Of a stretch of 64,000 bases of DNA, positions 48,031 through 62,953 are shown piece after piece (position 1 is the first letter of the stretch; every line of letters begins with the position of its first letter). The position numbers and the translations under genes were made by a program. The stretch comes from Hormiphora californensis (taxonomy: Eukaryota > Animalia > Ctenophora), in NCBI GenBank assembly GCA_020137815.1, contig CM035355.1, positions 2,728,001 through 2,792,000 on the forward strand, read 5' to 3'. The notes below the pieces were generated by a model. It was not told the origin of the DNA. It did not search any database and saw only the letters and a list, made by a program, of their open reading frames with translations.

Positions 48031-50787
48031 AGAGAGAGAGAGAGAGAGAGAGAGCGGGAGGGGGTGGCGAGAGAGAAATAGAGATAGGGAGATACAGAGA
48101 GAAATACAGAGACAATCGGAGAGAATCGAGATATAATATAATAATAATATAATAATGATAATATAAAGGCGAAAATTATTGTACATGACTGTACTGTTGA
48201 GGTTCACACAATAAACGTATAATGTACATCATTTCCCTCTAATACATGTCAAACTTGGGATATATATAGAGCTAGAGAAACACTCTAAGACAGACTATAG
48301 TGTAGGTCATGGGTATGCCATACCCATGACTACAGTCTACACCATACCCGGTATGGAGAAATAGATCAAAGGGATGGAGAGATAGAGATAGAGAGATAGC
48401 GATGGAGATGGCCTTGCTCGAACCTCTTTCCTAGGAGGGTTAGAACATAACAAGATGGAGATACAGGGTGGGCCAGAAACATGTCAATACAGTTCGCTCT
48501 CCGAAATAGAGCTAGAGATAGAGCAAGAGATAGAGAGAAGACATCTGAAAGCGAACGACAGAGGGAGACAGATTCCTCTATCATAATCATTAAACCTCCA
48601 TGTTGAATAGCATGTAATTAAGATAAATACTAAATAGAAATGTAATAAATAACTGGGAGGAGAATAGAATAAATAAGAGAATGGAACTCGGGAGGGATTT
48701 GGGAAGGGACGATTTGACAACTAACCTTCTTGGTTATGAAGATGAGTGTAGTTCCCGCGTCCAGTCCAGTTCTCTTTTCGGAAAATATCCCAGCCACATA
48801 CTAGTTGGCCAACGTCTAATCGTTACTGCGGTGAAAGCTAGATTCCCATGTTTATCATATTAGTTGGTACCTGGATGGGGCAAAGATGGTTTATAGACAT
48901 GATGATGTACCTAGCTACAAAAATGGTGAATATGTATTATGATAGTCTGTTTATCGATCGTGATTCGATTAATTGGGGTTTCTTGCAACATTAGCTGGTA
49001 CAGAATTTAGTAATTAGTAGTAACAGTACCTCTTTTGTAATGATTCCCCGAGAGAAAAGAAGAAGACTTTTCCTCTTTGTAGACATTACACATCCGACAT
49101 CCGTACACATCACATTTAATTCCTACTTTTAAGTTTTCCGTTTGCAGCATTAAACTATTAAATACATCCAGTTATAAACAAGAAATTTAGGGATTAAAGG
49201 ATAATTATAAATAGAGGGGATAGGTATAGTAACAAGGAAGGAGGGTTCAAAAGTAGGTACCGAGGAGAGACGATGTAGAAGCAGGTACCAAAAAGGGGGA
49301 TGCAAAAGAAGTTACCCAAAAGGGGGAGGATGTAGAAGCAGGTATGAAGGAGTAAGGGTACAGAAGGCTGAAGGAGGTACCCAGGAGGGGGATGAAGAAG
49401 CAGGTACCATAAAGAGGAAGGGTGCTGGGTGTGCATGAAAGGTGGGCCAAGAGAGAATGCAGAAGGAAAGACCCAGGGCCGGGCTGGGGTGCAGAAGGAA
49501 GTACCTAGGGTACGGAGGGAAGGTGGTACTCGGAAAGGGGAGAGTGCAGGAAGAGGTTAACCGTGCCAAGGGAGAGAGCAGAAAGATATACCCACTGGCC
49601 ACTACCCAGGAGCGAGGGAGAATGTAGAAGCAGGTACCACAGATGGCAAAAGGATACACCAAAGACTCAGGAAGGAGGATGTACAAACAGGTACAAGGGA
49701 GGGTGCAAAGAGGTGCCCAGGAGAGGCCAAAGTCCAAACTCTAGAGGAAGTACAGAAGGGGGCTCCAAGGTGGGAAGTTGTCCAGTAGGAGGAAGAAGTG
49801 ATTTAAAAGCAGCAAATTGTGGGAAGCGATAAATTAATAAGATTGCAGTCAAATATGGCACAAATAAAACAGAAAGTAAAGAAATTGATAGAAATCAGAA
49901 AGAAATTGCCAAGAGCGTCCGGATCAAATGTATCAAAATCCACCAAAGTGGAAATGAAACATTTTTGGTTCGGCTCGGCTTTGGACGAACTTCTCGCTCA
50001 GAAAGAGCCGCGCACTTGCACGCGCAAATCCATTTACGAATTTCACTACTGCGCGCGAAATTAAGAAACCCTACTACAAATTTTGGACTGATTTGAGCGC
50101 CGCGGCTAAAAATTTTGCCGAAAACGCTGCAAAAAGGGAGCCGCGCGACGGTGTGTAAAAACCACTGTGTCGGGTTTTTTTTAAAGAACTGTCTGCCGTT
50201 TTGTATTTTTCTGTCTGCAGCCTTGTTTTTTTTGCTCAACCCCCTGATGAGAGACTTCTAAATTACAATTTAGAAAGAACGCATCGAATTCTTTTTTAAA
50301 TCTAAACTTGAATTATCTAACTTACAAGAAACAGATATCTCAGATTGTGCCAAATTAAGGCTGTGACGCTGTGTAAAGACTGAAGTTTTTGGGCCTAGGG
50401 GCCCTATTGTATGAATACGCAGCTCAGATAAGATGTTTGTAGAAACGAATTTGTGACAAGCTTTATTCCTCAGAATTACATCGTTTAATTTGTTTTGAGC
50501 TAACACTCCGTGTGCACTGTGCAATGTGCATTGCTCATCGCGTGCGCTTAAAATCCAGCCCACATTGTGTTTTTCATTAAAGTAGTAAATATTCCAACCA
50601 AGAATGATTGGTATGTAGTTGAAGAGAGTCAGTACGGGGTGGTAACAGAATGTCTGGCCGTCGAAACACTATCAAGCGTGCCATTGTGGACGGCAAATCG
50701 ATCATTTTATTAGAAGGCCCGCCCCAGGTACATTATTAGATTACTTGTTACACTCACATGCATATAGCCTATCAATCCCTCTTGTAG

Positions 50788-51172
50788 GTGCTCTCTTGGT
50801 CTGACTTCAAGCGCATCTGTAATCTGTTTGATGATACTGAGTGGCACGATATTGCTGATATAACAGGGGCTGACTTTAACATCAATATGCAGGTATGTAG
50901 TCTTATCGTAGTATACAATTCCCTCTTCCAACTAGTATTGTACACGAATATACAATATTGTACATGTACACAAACAGTCAGTGGGTGATCCGACACTGGC
51001 ATTCCCGCGGAAGGCAGATCGCCGGAACGCCCTCCAAACTACACTCCCAACGGTGGAGAAAACTGTCCTAGCCTCTCTCGAGGACAAGACCTCCTTTAAA
51101 CGGACACGTTCCTCTCCCCGGAAAACAAATTTCGGCGGCGACTCGAGAAGGGAGAGCGAGGAAAATTGGTGA
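50788..51172 (+). CDS. Two probable terminal exons (50788-50892, 50978-51172) of an unidentified gene
   Basis: cttgtag|VLSWSDFKRICNLFDDTEWHDIADITGADFNINMQ|gtatgt, then aaacag|SVGDPTLAFPR..ENW*. Phase 0 join. No recognised domain. Confidence 0.45.
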
Positions 51173-52119
51173 GACACAGGCGCCATGGTCATGGCTGTGC
51201 AGCCGCAGTTGCATGGGGTGCTGGATGCATGATCATTGTTAAAATATATTGAACAAACAAACAGACTTTGTTAAAATGTTGAACAAACATACAGATTACA
51301 GACATTGTTAAAATGTTGAACAAACAGACAAACAGACATTGTTGACAGCCAGGGAGAGATATATAGACAGGTGTTGGGCAAAAAGTGTGGACATCAGACA
51401 CACAAACACATTATATGCAGCATTACATCCCGGTATACTACTGGGTGGGAGATAGTTGTCTGCAGAGTAGATGTTGGGTAGTAGACAGTAGTATTAGAGG
51501 TAGTGAGACCACCTGGTTGTAGTAATTTATTATTTATCATCGGCCATCCATCTATTATATCAAAATATAATAATGCCCACTCTTGGGCCTTGTCATGAAA
51601 ATGCCGTGATCTGCAGAGCCATCTCCCTCTCTCTCCCTGTCATCTATCTCTGACAACTTATTCCTAGCTCTCATCATGCTGTTATGACATTGCGGTATGA
51701 CAGATATTGACTGATTGTAGAAGAGGCCAGAGCTCTGCATACTACATGATCTTAGAATCAGAGCAGCTGAGATTGAGAGTACCCCCCCCCCCCCCCGATT
51801 GAGCGCTAGTGAAAATGAGTCAAATAGTATTGTGCCATTGGGGCAATAAGTGGAGATTTAGACATTAACCGCAGAGATACTAACTACTTAGAGTGCTGAG
51901 TGGATAATGTACTGTAAAGATTGGACTCTGTCCAAATTCAGTCAGAGTAAGGGGGAGAAAAGTGAGAAAGAGAGTAGGATATATCATGAAACTTGCTGAC
52001 AGACCCCCTGCACATCTATTTAACCTCTTTCTCTTGGGTCTTGTCGTGATATCTGCATGGCCATCTCTCGATCTTTCTCCCTCTCAGAGTCTCTCCCTCT
52101 CAGAGTCTCTCTCTCTCAG

Positions 52120-52192
<73 letters not shown>

Positions 52193-53357
52193 GTCCTCCC
52201 TTTCACTAAATCTCCTCTGCATCAGAAGTTTCTTTCTTGATGTTCACTGTTCAATGTTCATATTACCAATACTATTCCAAGAGAACAACCGGTCATGTTT
52301 CAATATACCCCCTCTGTCAATATGCCGTCCTGATAGGTTTATGACGCACGAGATGAGCACTAAAGTAATAAAGATACGACAGAGAGAGAGAGAGTAGTGG
52401 TAGTAGTAGAGGGAGAGAGAGAGAGGGAGGAGCATACATCACCATTCACCTGTCATCTGTTGTCTGTGCAGTTGCAGTTGTCCCCACCTGAACATTAGGT
52501 GCAGTTAGAGAAAGAGAAAGATAGAGAGAGGGAGAGCCGAGAGAGATACAATAAAGATGGAAGTATACAGAGAGATAGAATATGATCACAAGTAAGTGTG
52601 ATGTGTGTAGAGTATGACTTGAGAAGTTCATTGTCCTAAATAAGACAGCACTACTAGACAGTTATATACTGTGACTTCACATCTGCAGAACAGCAGTGAA
52701 GTTTGTATGAAGAGTATGTCATTAGTCGAGCGTGTGTTCATGAGAGAACATGGTGATACATATAGACCGGCAAACAGAAGATTCTATTACCGCGACCGCG
52801 GTTTCCTCAATGATATGTAAAATCCAATTTGTGGTTAACCATCTGAAATTTCTTACTATCGGAGGATTTACGCAGCTGATTTTAAATGTCTTTTAAAACG
52901 ACACTGTTTATCATGACTATGGTATAATGATCTGGATATATGGCACACTGATCGTAGTTTAAACCATGTTTCATCTTTCCTCTTTCACCGCCACTAACAT
53001 ATATAACGCCAGTCCGGCAGAGCCGATGAGAGGGTGAATGTGTAAATGGGTATACAACTGGTGGTCTTTGATGATGTAACTCTTTACTCCCATAATTTTT
53101 GGTTCATCTTTCACCGCTCTGTTGACCTCTTTTTTGTCTGTAATTCTCTCTTCCATCATCCATCATCCTACATCTAGACTTCTCTTTTGTCCATCATCTA
53201 GACTTCTCTTTTGTCCATCATCTAGACATCTCTTTTGTCCATCATCTAGACATTTTGAATGGTTCATCATGTGAAATCTGAATATACTCTCGTTGAAGAA
53301 ATTTGATTGCATAAGCTGTCACGACCAGTATCTAGATATTGGAGGGAAGAAAACAAA

Positions 53358-53608
53358 GATAGAGATAGAGATAGGGATAGAGATAGAGATAGATATAGAG
53401 ATAGAGATAGAGATAGAGATAGAGATAGAGATAGAGATAGAGATAGAGATAGAGATAGAGATAGAGATAGAGATAGAGATAGAGATAGATAGAGATAGAG
53501 ATAGAGATAGAGATAGAGATAGAGATAGAGATAGAGATAGAGATAGAGATAGAGATAGAGATAGAGATAGAGATAGAGATAGAGATAGAGATAGAGATAG
53601 AGATAGAG
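53358..53608. repeat. (GATAGA)n hexanucleotide microsatellite
   Basis: Direct inspection. Confidence 0.98.
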
Positions 53609-56488
53609 AATTGTGAGTTTAGAACATTTCCCAGTAATGGCTCAAAGAGAATGCCAGAAGCCTGCTCTCTCTCGTACAAGAGAGCCCCTGTTTACCAGGG
53701 TTCCGATGATGTTCCGATATTATCATAGGGTCGAGGCAAGTTATAGCGGCCTCCCAATGAGGCGCATCTCTCTGGTTACTACACACTCTGCGTATACGGA
53801 TATATATACTGGTCTATTGTTCTTTGTACACAAAGCAAGATCTTCCGCGGTACACCCGTGTTTAATTATTGGTACTCCGAACTATGATAATTACACTCTC
53901 CAAAATTCAACTCTATGAAACCTCATATTCTTGGTCCAAAATAAACAGATGTTGTCTTACTACATGACTGCTATATCCCGGTTTGGAGAGGGTATTATAT
54001 TGTGAGAGGGTATTATATTGTGAGAGAACCCAGCCTCGGGTGGTAGTTGATATGACAGACAGTGCAATGTACTTCACGTGCCACGCAAGGTGTTTAAAAG
54101 ATAACGGCATAAAACCAGTAAACCTAAATATACTGAATAGTGGACACGAACAAACAGACCGACAAAAGAAGATAAGAGAGGGAGGGATGTGCACAAACGC
54201 GTAAAGTGCAAAAGCAGACATGGGGTGTCAATACCAGGTCGTGCGAGAGAGAGAGAGAGAGCCGCGCGAGAAGGCGAGCGAGGGGAGGGAGCGGAGAGCG
54301 AGAGAGCGAGCAGACGACGAACGACGAGAGACGAGAACGAGAAGGAGAAAGAGCTCTCTACTCTATCTCTTACTTATCTTCCCTCTTCTCTCGCTCTCTC
54401 TCCCTCTATCTCTATCTCTCTCTATTCTCTTCTCTCCTCTCTCTCTCTCTCTCTCGTCAATAGCTTCTCTTTGATAGTTTCTCCAAAGCACAAACGATTC
54501 TGGTTTATTATAACTTAGTATCGGAATCATAAAGAAGAAGAAACAAAGGTGGGCGGACGCAGCATTTGTGGGTCTACATGATTAATAACAACGATGGAGC
54601 CCATTTACCGATTAGGGGCTATTCAGAAGTCCTAATTTAACCCGCCCTTTCTTCTTCTACAGGTAGTAAACAGTTTGAGACGCTGGGAGCTATCTCAAGA
54701 AGCCCCAGATAACCAAAGAGACCTTCTCTTATCTCGCCGCATAGGAATATCAACTCCAGCCGCTCTCAGGGAAAAGCTTTAATGAGCAGGACTACGTAAT
54801 TCAGTTGGGATGCAAAGAACCAGAAGAGATGCGTCGCAGCCGCTGTGGCACAGTTGCTGACCGAGGCTGGCCGCCCTCCCCTCACTCTGTTTAGGAGTAA
54901 GAGCAGCGGGGGCCAGTCAAAGAGGATAAACATTGACGGGGCGCTAAGTGAGCATCCCAAGTTCTGGGCTGACCATATCAGTAGCTCCAAACTTATCAAA
55001 CTTCTGTGACACTCCTCCGTGATTCTGTTGGGACTAGAAGATGTGACTTTGTGAAAAGTGTGTGAAAGAGCTCGGGGAGAGCGAGAGAGTTATACCGAGA
55101 GGGGGGTTTTTTTCTAAAAGTTTTTTAAGTTTCTAAAATGATCACTCGATGGGCCCAAATTTTCTTCGCAATTTCATATCATAACTTTTTAATGCATTTT
55201 ATTGCATTATTAGATGAATTCTCATCAAGCCATCCATCAGGGTGTTAGCTATTTAATACTAATTTGTCCTTTGTAAATACATCATATTTAATGACTTACG
55301 TTCTTCAAAAAAAGAAACTCGTTTTCTTTTCTAGGAATGTCAGTTTGCTCGTAACAAAAACCTCGATTACGGATCCTTACTAAAAAACTATCCGGGGCAA
55401 ATGGACTGCCGAAGGTCCCCCAAAAAAAAAAGGGGGGGGGAAAAAAAAAAAGGGGGGGGGGGGGCCCCCCCCCCGCAAAGGGGGGGGCCCACCCCCCCCG
55501 GGGGGGGGAAGGGGGGGAAAAAAGGGGGGGGGGTTTTTCCCCCGGGGGAAACCCCCTTTCCCGGGTTTTTTGTTTCCCTTTTTCCCAAACCCTCCCCCTC
55601 CTTCTTTTCTCTTTCCCTTCTCTCCCCCCCTCCCTCTTCTCTCTTTTTCTCCCCAACCCAAACCCTTTTGGGGTCTGCCCCCTGGTCCAGTGCGAAACAC
55701 GACAGAAGGGGGGGGATTTTGGTAACAGACCGATCATCTTTACCTACACCCTTACACAGAGAGGCGGGGGCAGGGGAAGGTGTAGGGAGGTGTAGTGAAG
55801 ACTGCATTCTCTTTTTGGAGAGGTAGGTAAGAGGGGGGTAGGGGGGGGGGGGTTGTGACCATGTTTTTTGATAGGACAAACTGTTGTTTTTTTAGATGAA
55901 AAAAAAAAACTGCCATGTTTTCTGGAAGGAGAGAAACTGTCGGAGACATGTGCGTCAACATTTCTCACGGACCTGGACAATTAGCCAGGGAAAATAAATA
56001 ATGCATGGTTTGGACGAGGGTGGTGGAGAAGATACAGATCATTTCCCTAAACATTTTTTTGGAGTTTGGGGAAAAGAGTGAAAAAGAGGAGAGAGCTGCT
56101 GTAAAATACAAAACACAAAGTTTATTACGGGTCGGGGAAAAAAGAAGTTACCAGTAGCTGAAAGTTTTTTAATTTTTGGGGTTTTGGAAACCGCCCTGTC
56201 TCGGGGCCCGCTAACCCCGTTGTGGCATTGCAAAAATTTTGGGGGGAAAAACAATGTTTTCTAGGCAATATCTCCCCCCCGTCTTCATAGGGGTGCCCCT
56301 ACTTTTCTCATCACTTTTTAATGTTCTCACGGTCTCTCTGTTTCTCTCTCAATTCCCCCTTTGGCTTTGATTTTGCTTCCCCAAATACGATTGAGCCCCC
56401 GGGAAAAGGGGGGGGAAGCTAGACTAGTTAGTTAACTCCCCCACCCAGGGGAAGGGAGGGGGAGAGAGAGAGAGAGGGGAGAGGAGAG

Positions 56489-56547
<59 letters not shown>

Positions 56548-57301
56548 GTAGTCACGGCATATATATGTTGACCATTTGGCCACCAAAGTAAAATGAGTTC
56601 CGATATCTCACGTTCTTGGTGCATGTTCAATGGATGGTATCCGACCTATAATGCTTTATCTGATCCACTATCCTAGACACCGAGGGATGAAATACATTCA
56701 GCAATAAATGGGCGAACCTGAGAGACCGGCTGTTTATCTTCTGTGTATCGAGTGGCCAGCTGGTGCACCTGGGAAAAAGTTCCATTGATTTAGTTACGCT
56801 CTAACATCTCATTAAATAATAGAATCATACCAGGCATTAATAATATTTCTCTATCTATCTCTTTCCTGTGGCTGTCTGTGAAGACACCTATTATTACAGT
56901 TGGATATTTACAGGAAAAATGTGTCGTTTCACGCTTCACAATTAGAGACGCATGTGTCACGACGACAATATACATAATTGCAGACTTAAATCAGAATTTC
57001 CGGTGACACATATTTATCGCACCGCATATTTCTCGCATCTGCGGTTTTCTCGGTGATGAGGTTTTACCACTCCTTCTAGGTTGTGTACCGACTACTACAG
57101 AGATTAATCTGGCGGCCATACAAACTCTCCCGTGGGATATATTCAGCTGTGGGGGGATGAATCATTCTAAGGAAGTGTGTATGAGAAAGTCTGAAGTATT
57201 AAACCACAAGAGGTAGAAATATTACAGACTGCTGCAGGTAACCAGAGAGAAGTATTAGAGAAGCCGGTAACTAGGTGACTAGAGTCAGTTACACACACAC
57301 A

Positions 57302-57348
<47 letters not shown>

Positions 57349-57446
57349 TCTCTCTCTCTCTCTCCCTCTCGCAAGTCGCAGGGTCTGTGATTCAGATGTA
57401 AAACTTGGTCATGTGCGTGTGAGCTGTGGGTGTGTGGTGTGTGGGA

Positions 57447-57505
<59 letters not shown>

Positions 57506-57866
57506 CGAAAGACAGCTGTGGAAGCCCTCTCAGCAGGTGGTGGGTGGCCCATCTTTATAGGGTAACTGCTGCAGAAAATACCCCCCTGTATTCCCTCTCT
57601 CTCCTTATTCTAATGAACTAACTAACTTGAGGAATGCCCAAGTTAGTTAGTTAGTTTGTGGGGATGTGTGCGTGCGTATAGGTTACCGTGGCCTGCCCAT
57701 ATGATATGTGGAAATAAAACAACAAGCAACAACATCCTGAGCTGCAAAGAATCTCTAAGTTTTCTTGTCTCTTATGCGGGCAATGCCGTATACCGTTTAG
57801 TCGTAGCTACTAGAGCGTGTGGCTCTTTCCTTCTCCCCCTCTTTCTCAGATCTCTCTCTCCCCTTC

Positions 57867-57962
<96 letters not shown>

Positions 57963-59490
57963 CTCTCTCTCTCCCACTCCGGGCTCCCCCTCTCCCATCC
58001 CTCTATCTCTCTCTCTCCATCACACTGTTAAGTGTCTGGGGTGATAATAGCGGCACCGCGGCGGAGCACTATCACGAGAACATTAACCGCACATTCACAC
58101 TACCGCTTAGCTATTATCATACGACTTACGAGTCAGAGAGGCAGAGACTTTCTTCCTCCCTGTCTCACTCTCTGCCTCTCTCCTGTATATTATTTGTTTC
58201 TCTGTTCTCAACCTCTTACTCAACAAGAATATTAGCGAGGAACTTAACCAGCAAGCGATTATAAGTTAACCTATGCTATATGGTTTAATGGTTAAGGTGA
58301 TAAGATGGGTTTAGTTTTAATGGCAAATAGTATGATTTAAACCAAATCTTCATCACTATAAAAAAAAGCCTTTGAATAAGAATAGAATTAGACTCATTAA
58401 ATAGACTCACTAAAACGGGCTAGCCTCATATCCCTGTAACGAGGTAGTGTAGATTTGGTGTAATTAGAGTTCGCATATTATACCATGATCCGTGCATATA
58501 CCAAGCATATTTAGCAAATAGCAGTGCTCCTAGCCGTAGCGATGAGTACCATTAGTCAAGTTGGTCCTTCAGCAGGAGCCGCACCAAATGAAGGAATATA
58601 GGTCGAGCTAGCTCTTCGTTTCTGTATCATTTTAAAAGGAGGATTTCCAGTCAAGATATTCAAGTCGATGTTGTCAAAGTGATTGACAGTTATGGGTCGT
58701 GTATGGGATTGGGATCATCTGCAATTCACTCATCCATCGAGAGATGTGATGAGCAAGTGCCAAATCGGTTTACCGGCCACCGTTGTAACGCGCGAAGCGG
58801 CTCAACCAGCATCAAGCGCGCGACCACGCTTTCAAACGCGCAAATAATAAACGCGCGAAACGAGCTTCATGCGCGGCGTAAAGCCGCGCACAAACTCTTT
58901 GGATTTTGAACATTTTGAAAACAAAATTCTTAAATCAGACGAGACTTCAGTTTTCTGAAACGAACCACCGCTTCGTTCCCACCGGTTGTGTGATGAACGC
59001 ACACACGTATCACTACTTAAACTGCAATTCAAATTGGTTGCTAAGCTGTTGTACGATCTAATCTTATCAGAAAATGGACACTTCTAAGCTGGAATACAGC
59101 GCTGCGGCTTCAATGCCCCTCCAAAGTACGTACCGAGTTAAGCAGCTTACAATTATCGGCAGTTACTAAATGCTACTATATTTAGTCATGTTTGTTGATC
59201 TATATTATGTCTAACAGACTGTGTTCTTAGGACGCAAATCTACGCTGTTGATGTTGAAGATTGTTGAGATGTTCGACCTTGAGAACCGTAACCGAGTCGC
59301 TGAACGCAGGAGCCACCAAATACTTAAATGAGCATACGAATAATGAAGAATGGAAACCTACAAAATCGAAGACTACTGGCTGTGAAAAGAGACAATTTAT
59401 CCTGATACCCTGTGCAAGGCACCACCCCTGCCCCCTCTGTGGGGGTGGGGTGGTGCCTTGCACAGGGCTTTGTACAGGTGCTGCCAATCG

Positions 59491-59781
59491 CATTCTACTT
59501 GAATGACCAATTGGATTCTACTTGAATGACCAATTGGATTCTACTTGAATGACCAATTGGCTTCTACTTGAATGACCAATTGGTTGTATTTGATATTTCA
59601 AATATGTTGGAGAATCCGATCTCCTCTGCAGGAGCCACCAATGGGTGTCTGCAGGAGCCACCAATTAGTGTCTGCAGGAGCCACCAATTAGTGTCTGCAG
59701 GAGCCACCAATTAGCCCCTGCAGGAGCCACCAATTAGCCCCTGCAGGAGCCACCAATTAGCCCCTGCAGGAGCCACCAATT
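59491..59781. repeat. Two adjacent 23-bp minisatellites (ATTCTACTTGAATGACCAATTGG x4; CTGCAGGAGCCACCAATTAGCCC x~7)
   Basis: Direct inspection. Both units contain CCAAT. Confidence 0.9.
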
Positions 59782-60442
59782 GTGTGCAGTCTGACAGGCT
59801 ATTGGCTTCTTAAACTTACAGTTGCTATCACGCGGCGCCGGGTGCCTCTAAACTTAGGCCCCGGCGCCGCGTGGTTTAACTCCCAGAGTGGGGAGTGTGT
59901 GTTAGATTGTGTACAGAGTTAATTAAGCTTTCCAAAACAGATTGTTTTGCTTGTTATTTTACGGTTTCTGCTCTCTCGGTTGGATAACTGGACGGATTGG
60001 ATATTTGAAACACACGTAGCACCTAATTAGTGCCCCCACTAATTAGGTCCCCCATTACACACACCTCAACAGTCAACACCCCCTCCCTCATTTAGTACCC
60101 TTTAGTGGCCCTCTTCGGCAATCCATTTCACATGTGTCTTGTCTCTTTGTTCAAGTCTCTTTCGTCCGGAACTCGCCTCTTCTCGACAGCTTGGCTCTTT
60201 CTCTGCAGCCTTCTGAAATGGGTCTGAAATCCACCTCAACTCTGAACTCACAATTGATATCTCCCTATCCATCACCCACATGTACCCTTCATTCTTCACA
60301 TTATCAGTATTGCACCTCTCTGTTCTAACCCGTGTAGTCCACCCATGATATTCCATCTCTCTCTACTGTATATTCCATCCCTCTCTCTCTGCCTCTACCT
60401 CTCTACTGTATATTCCATCCCTCTATCCCTCTGCTAGGCTGG

Positions 60443-60908
60443 ATGTCGTGTATCCACTACAAGTTTAGGAACAATTCCAAACATGACACAATCCAGTTTG
60501 ATGGATCCTATATCACCGTGGGGGAGATCAAACAAGCCATTCTGAACCAGACTAAAATGGGGAAGGCACCTGACTTTGCCCTCCAGATCATCAACGCTCA
60601 GACGCAGGAAGGTGTGTATTAACTCATTATGTGGGAGGGTGGGCCGTGATGTGTAAACTGTTCATATTGTGAGAGGGGGAGGGGAGGGCCGTGGGGTGCG
60701 GATATATGCCTTTCCTGGTTCTCTCTCTCTCTATATTACTACTCCCTCCCTCTATAACAGCTGCTGTATTAATATAACAGCAGCTGTGCGTAGTTTGTGT
60801 GTTCGTAACCAACGCAACTTCCTTTCTCTGTCTCTTTCCTCTCTCTCTGTCTCTCTGCGTGCCATCCTACTATCACGTGAGCTACGTGTGATCTACATGC
60901 ACGTGACC

Positions 60909-60962
<54 letters not shown>

Positions 60963-61019
60963 TTCTCTCTCTCTCTCTTTTCTCTCTCTCTATTTCTCTC
61001 TCTCTCTTTTTTCTCTCTC

Positions 61020-61079
<60 letters not shown>

Positions 61080-62953
61080 CCTCTCTCTCTCAGCTGGTGT
61101 GCCATTATATGCTGAGCCTCGGTTGACTGTCAGCTGATGTAGCCTACCGAGAATATGAATTTGTAGAAATAAAAGAAATGAAATGTTAAGTCATGCGCTG
61201 CTAAAGTCATTTCGGTCACGTGTTATTGTCACGTGACTAAATCTCTGCTTCCTGATTGGTCAGCCTTATGAGCTTGCAGGCAACCCTTGATCCCCCTCTC
61301 TTTATTTCTCAATTGTTCCTCCCCTCTTTATTTCTCAGTTCTTCCTCCCCCTCCATTTATACCTTAACGGGAGCTAAATTCAATCTGCAACAAGCCTACC
61401 CTCCAAGCAGGGGTATTGCGTTTTTCTTCTTCTTGAGTGTTGACCCGCTCTCTCCACTCCCTCTCTCGATCCCCTCCCTCGACCTTTACACCATCTCTCC
61501 TTTGCAGCGTATGAGGACGATAACCAGTTGATACCAAGGAACGCAGATGTCACAGTTAAACGAATACCTACTGGAACGAAGGTGTCTAAGTCGAAACTTG
61601 CTGCAAAGTAAGTTTTATAAAGTCTCTATGTTTACCAGCTCATAGTTACCATGGTTACCAGCTCACTCATAGTTACCATGGTTACCAGCTCACTCATAGT
61701 TACCATGGTTACCAGCTCACACACAGCTCATAGTTACCATGGTTACCAGCTCCCACACAGCTCATAGTTACCATGGTTACCAGCTCACACACAGCTCATA
61801 GTTACCATGGTTACCAGCTCACACACATCTCATAGTTACCATGGTTACCAGCTCACACACAGCTCATAGTTACCATGGTTACCAGCTCACACACATCTCA
61901 TAGTTACCATGGTTACCAGCTCAAGCAATTCCACCGTACATCGTGTATGTTTCTCTGCATGAAAATTTGATAATTCTTACAGAGTCACAGAGGTGGCTCT
62001 ATCTCTTTGAAGGCGATAGAGAGAGGGGAAGAGTGAGCGGGAAAGCTTCCCTCTCTCTCTCCCTCTTTCTATATCTATCTCTGCCTTGTCCACGTGTCGC
62101 ATTATTCCCTGGTGAATATCCCAAACCTCACTTGGATGAGGTGGCCTCACAGAAAACTATGCAGATACAGTTACTACACACTGGGCTCACTCAATTTTCC
62201 GCTTCCTTTCTCTAAATTTCTCTTTCTCTCTCTATCTCTTAATTCAGCTGTCAGACTCTATCGAGGGTTCATGACATGTTCCTCTCTCTAAGTTTTTTCT
62301 CTCACGCTGTCAGATTTGACATACTATGGCAGTGAAATATCACGCGTACAAATATTTGACAGTGAAATTATAATGGTGTTATCTGATTAGATAACGCACT
62401 GAGAAATAAATGCCCCCCCCCACCCCCCCAAAGTAGCCCACTTTCGTCTGGGTCGGTTAATAAATCAAACTTTACAAGACCACGAGACACAAGTTTTTAC
62501 CTTGCACAACCCTCTCTGTAAGAGAGAGTTAGATAGAACATTGAGGCTTGAGAGAGGGTCGTGCAAGAGAAAATCACGTGTTGTTAGTGGCTAATGGTAT
62601 CAAGTAACCTCCCTAGAGAATTGCTAACGACTTGCATAATTGGAAGACCTAGTCTAGCATCTCAAATTTCAACATACCGCGTCCACTAACTTTACCAGAT
62701 CAATTTACCACATCCCGCCAACTTCAATCATAAATCATAATTCCCCATTCCTACCAGCCCATCTCTCCAACTAACCCCAATTGATCCCTTCATTCCCCAC
62801 CCCTTCCTCCCCCTTCATTCCCCACCCCCTAACCCCCTAGCATTTCTCCCCCTTATTCCCAATGCCCTAACCCCCTTTCCCGTTTTCAGTAGTACGAGTC
62901 TGGATATGTACAAGATGTCCAATTCCCTACTCCCTCTGACGATGAATCCAATG
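60443..62953 (+). CDS. RBBP6: RBBP6/Mpe1-family DWNN ubiquitin-like domain; exons 60443-60611, 61508-61607, probable 62890-62953; may continue beyond the window
   Basis: MSCIHYKFRNNSKHDTIQFDGSYITVGEIKQAI..DFALQIINAQTQEAYEDDNQLIPRNADVTVKRIP matches the RBBP6 N-terminus. Confidence 0.9.
61632..61922. repeat. 27-34-bp minisatellite with nine GTTACCATGGTTACC cores
   Basis: Cores at 61645, 61672, 61699, 61733, 61767, 61801, 61835, 61869, 61903. Confidence 0.95.

Noticed and set aside
55380-56460. Gly/Pro/Lys/Phe-rich ORFs and apparent G-quadruplex runs
   Set aside because: Long G/C/A/T homopolymers indicate a low-quality assembly segment.
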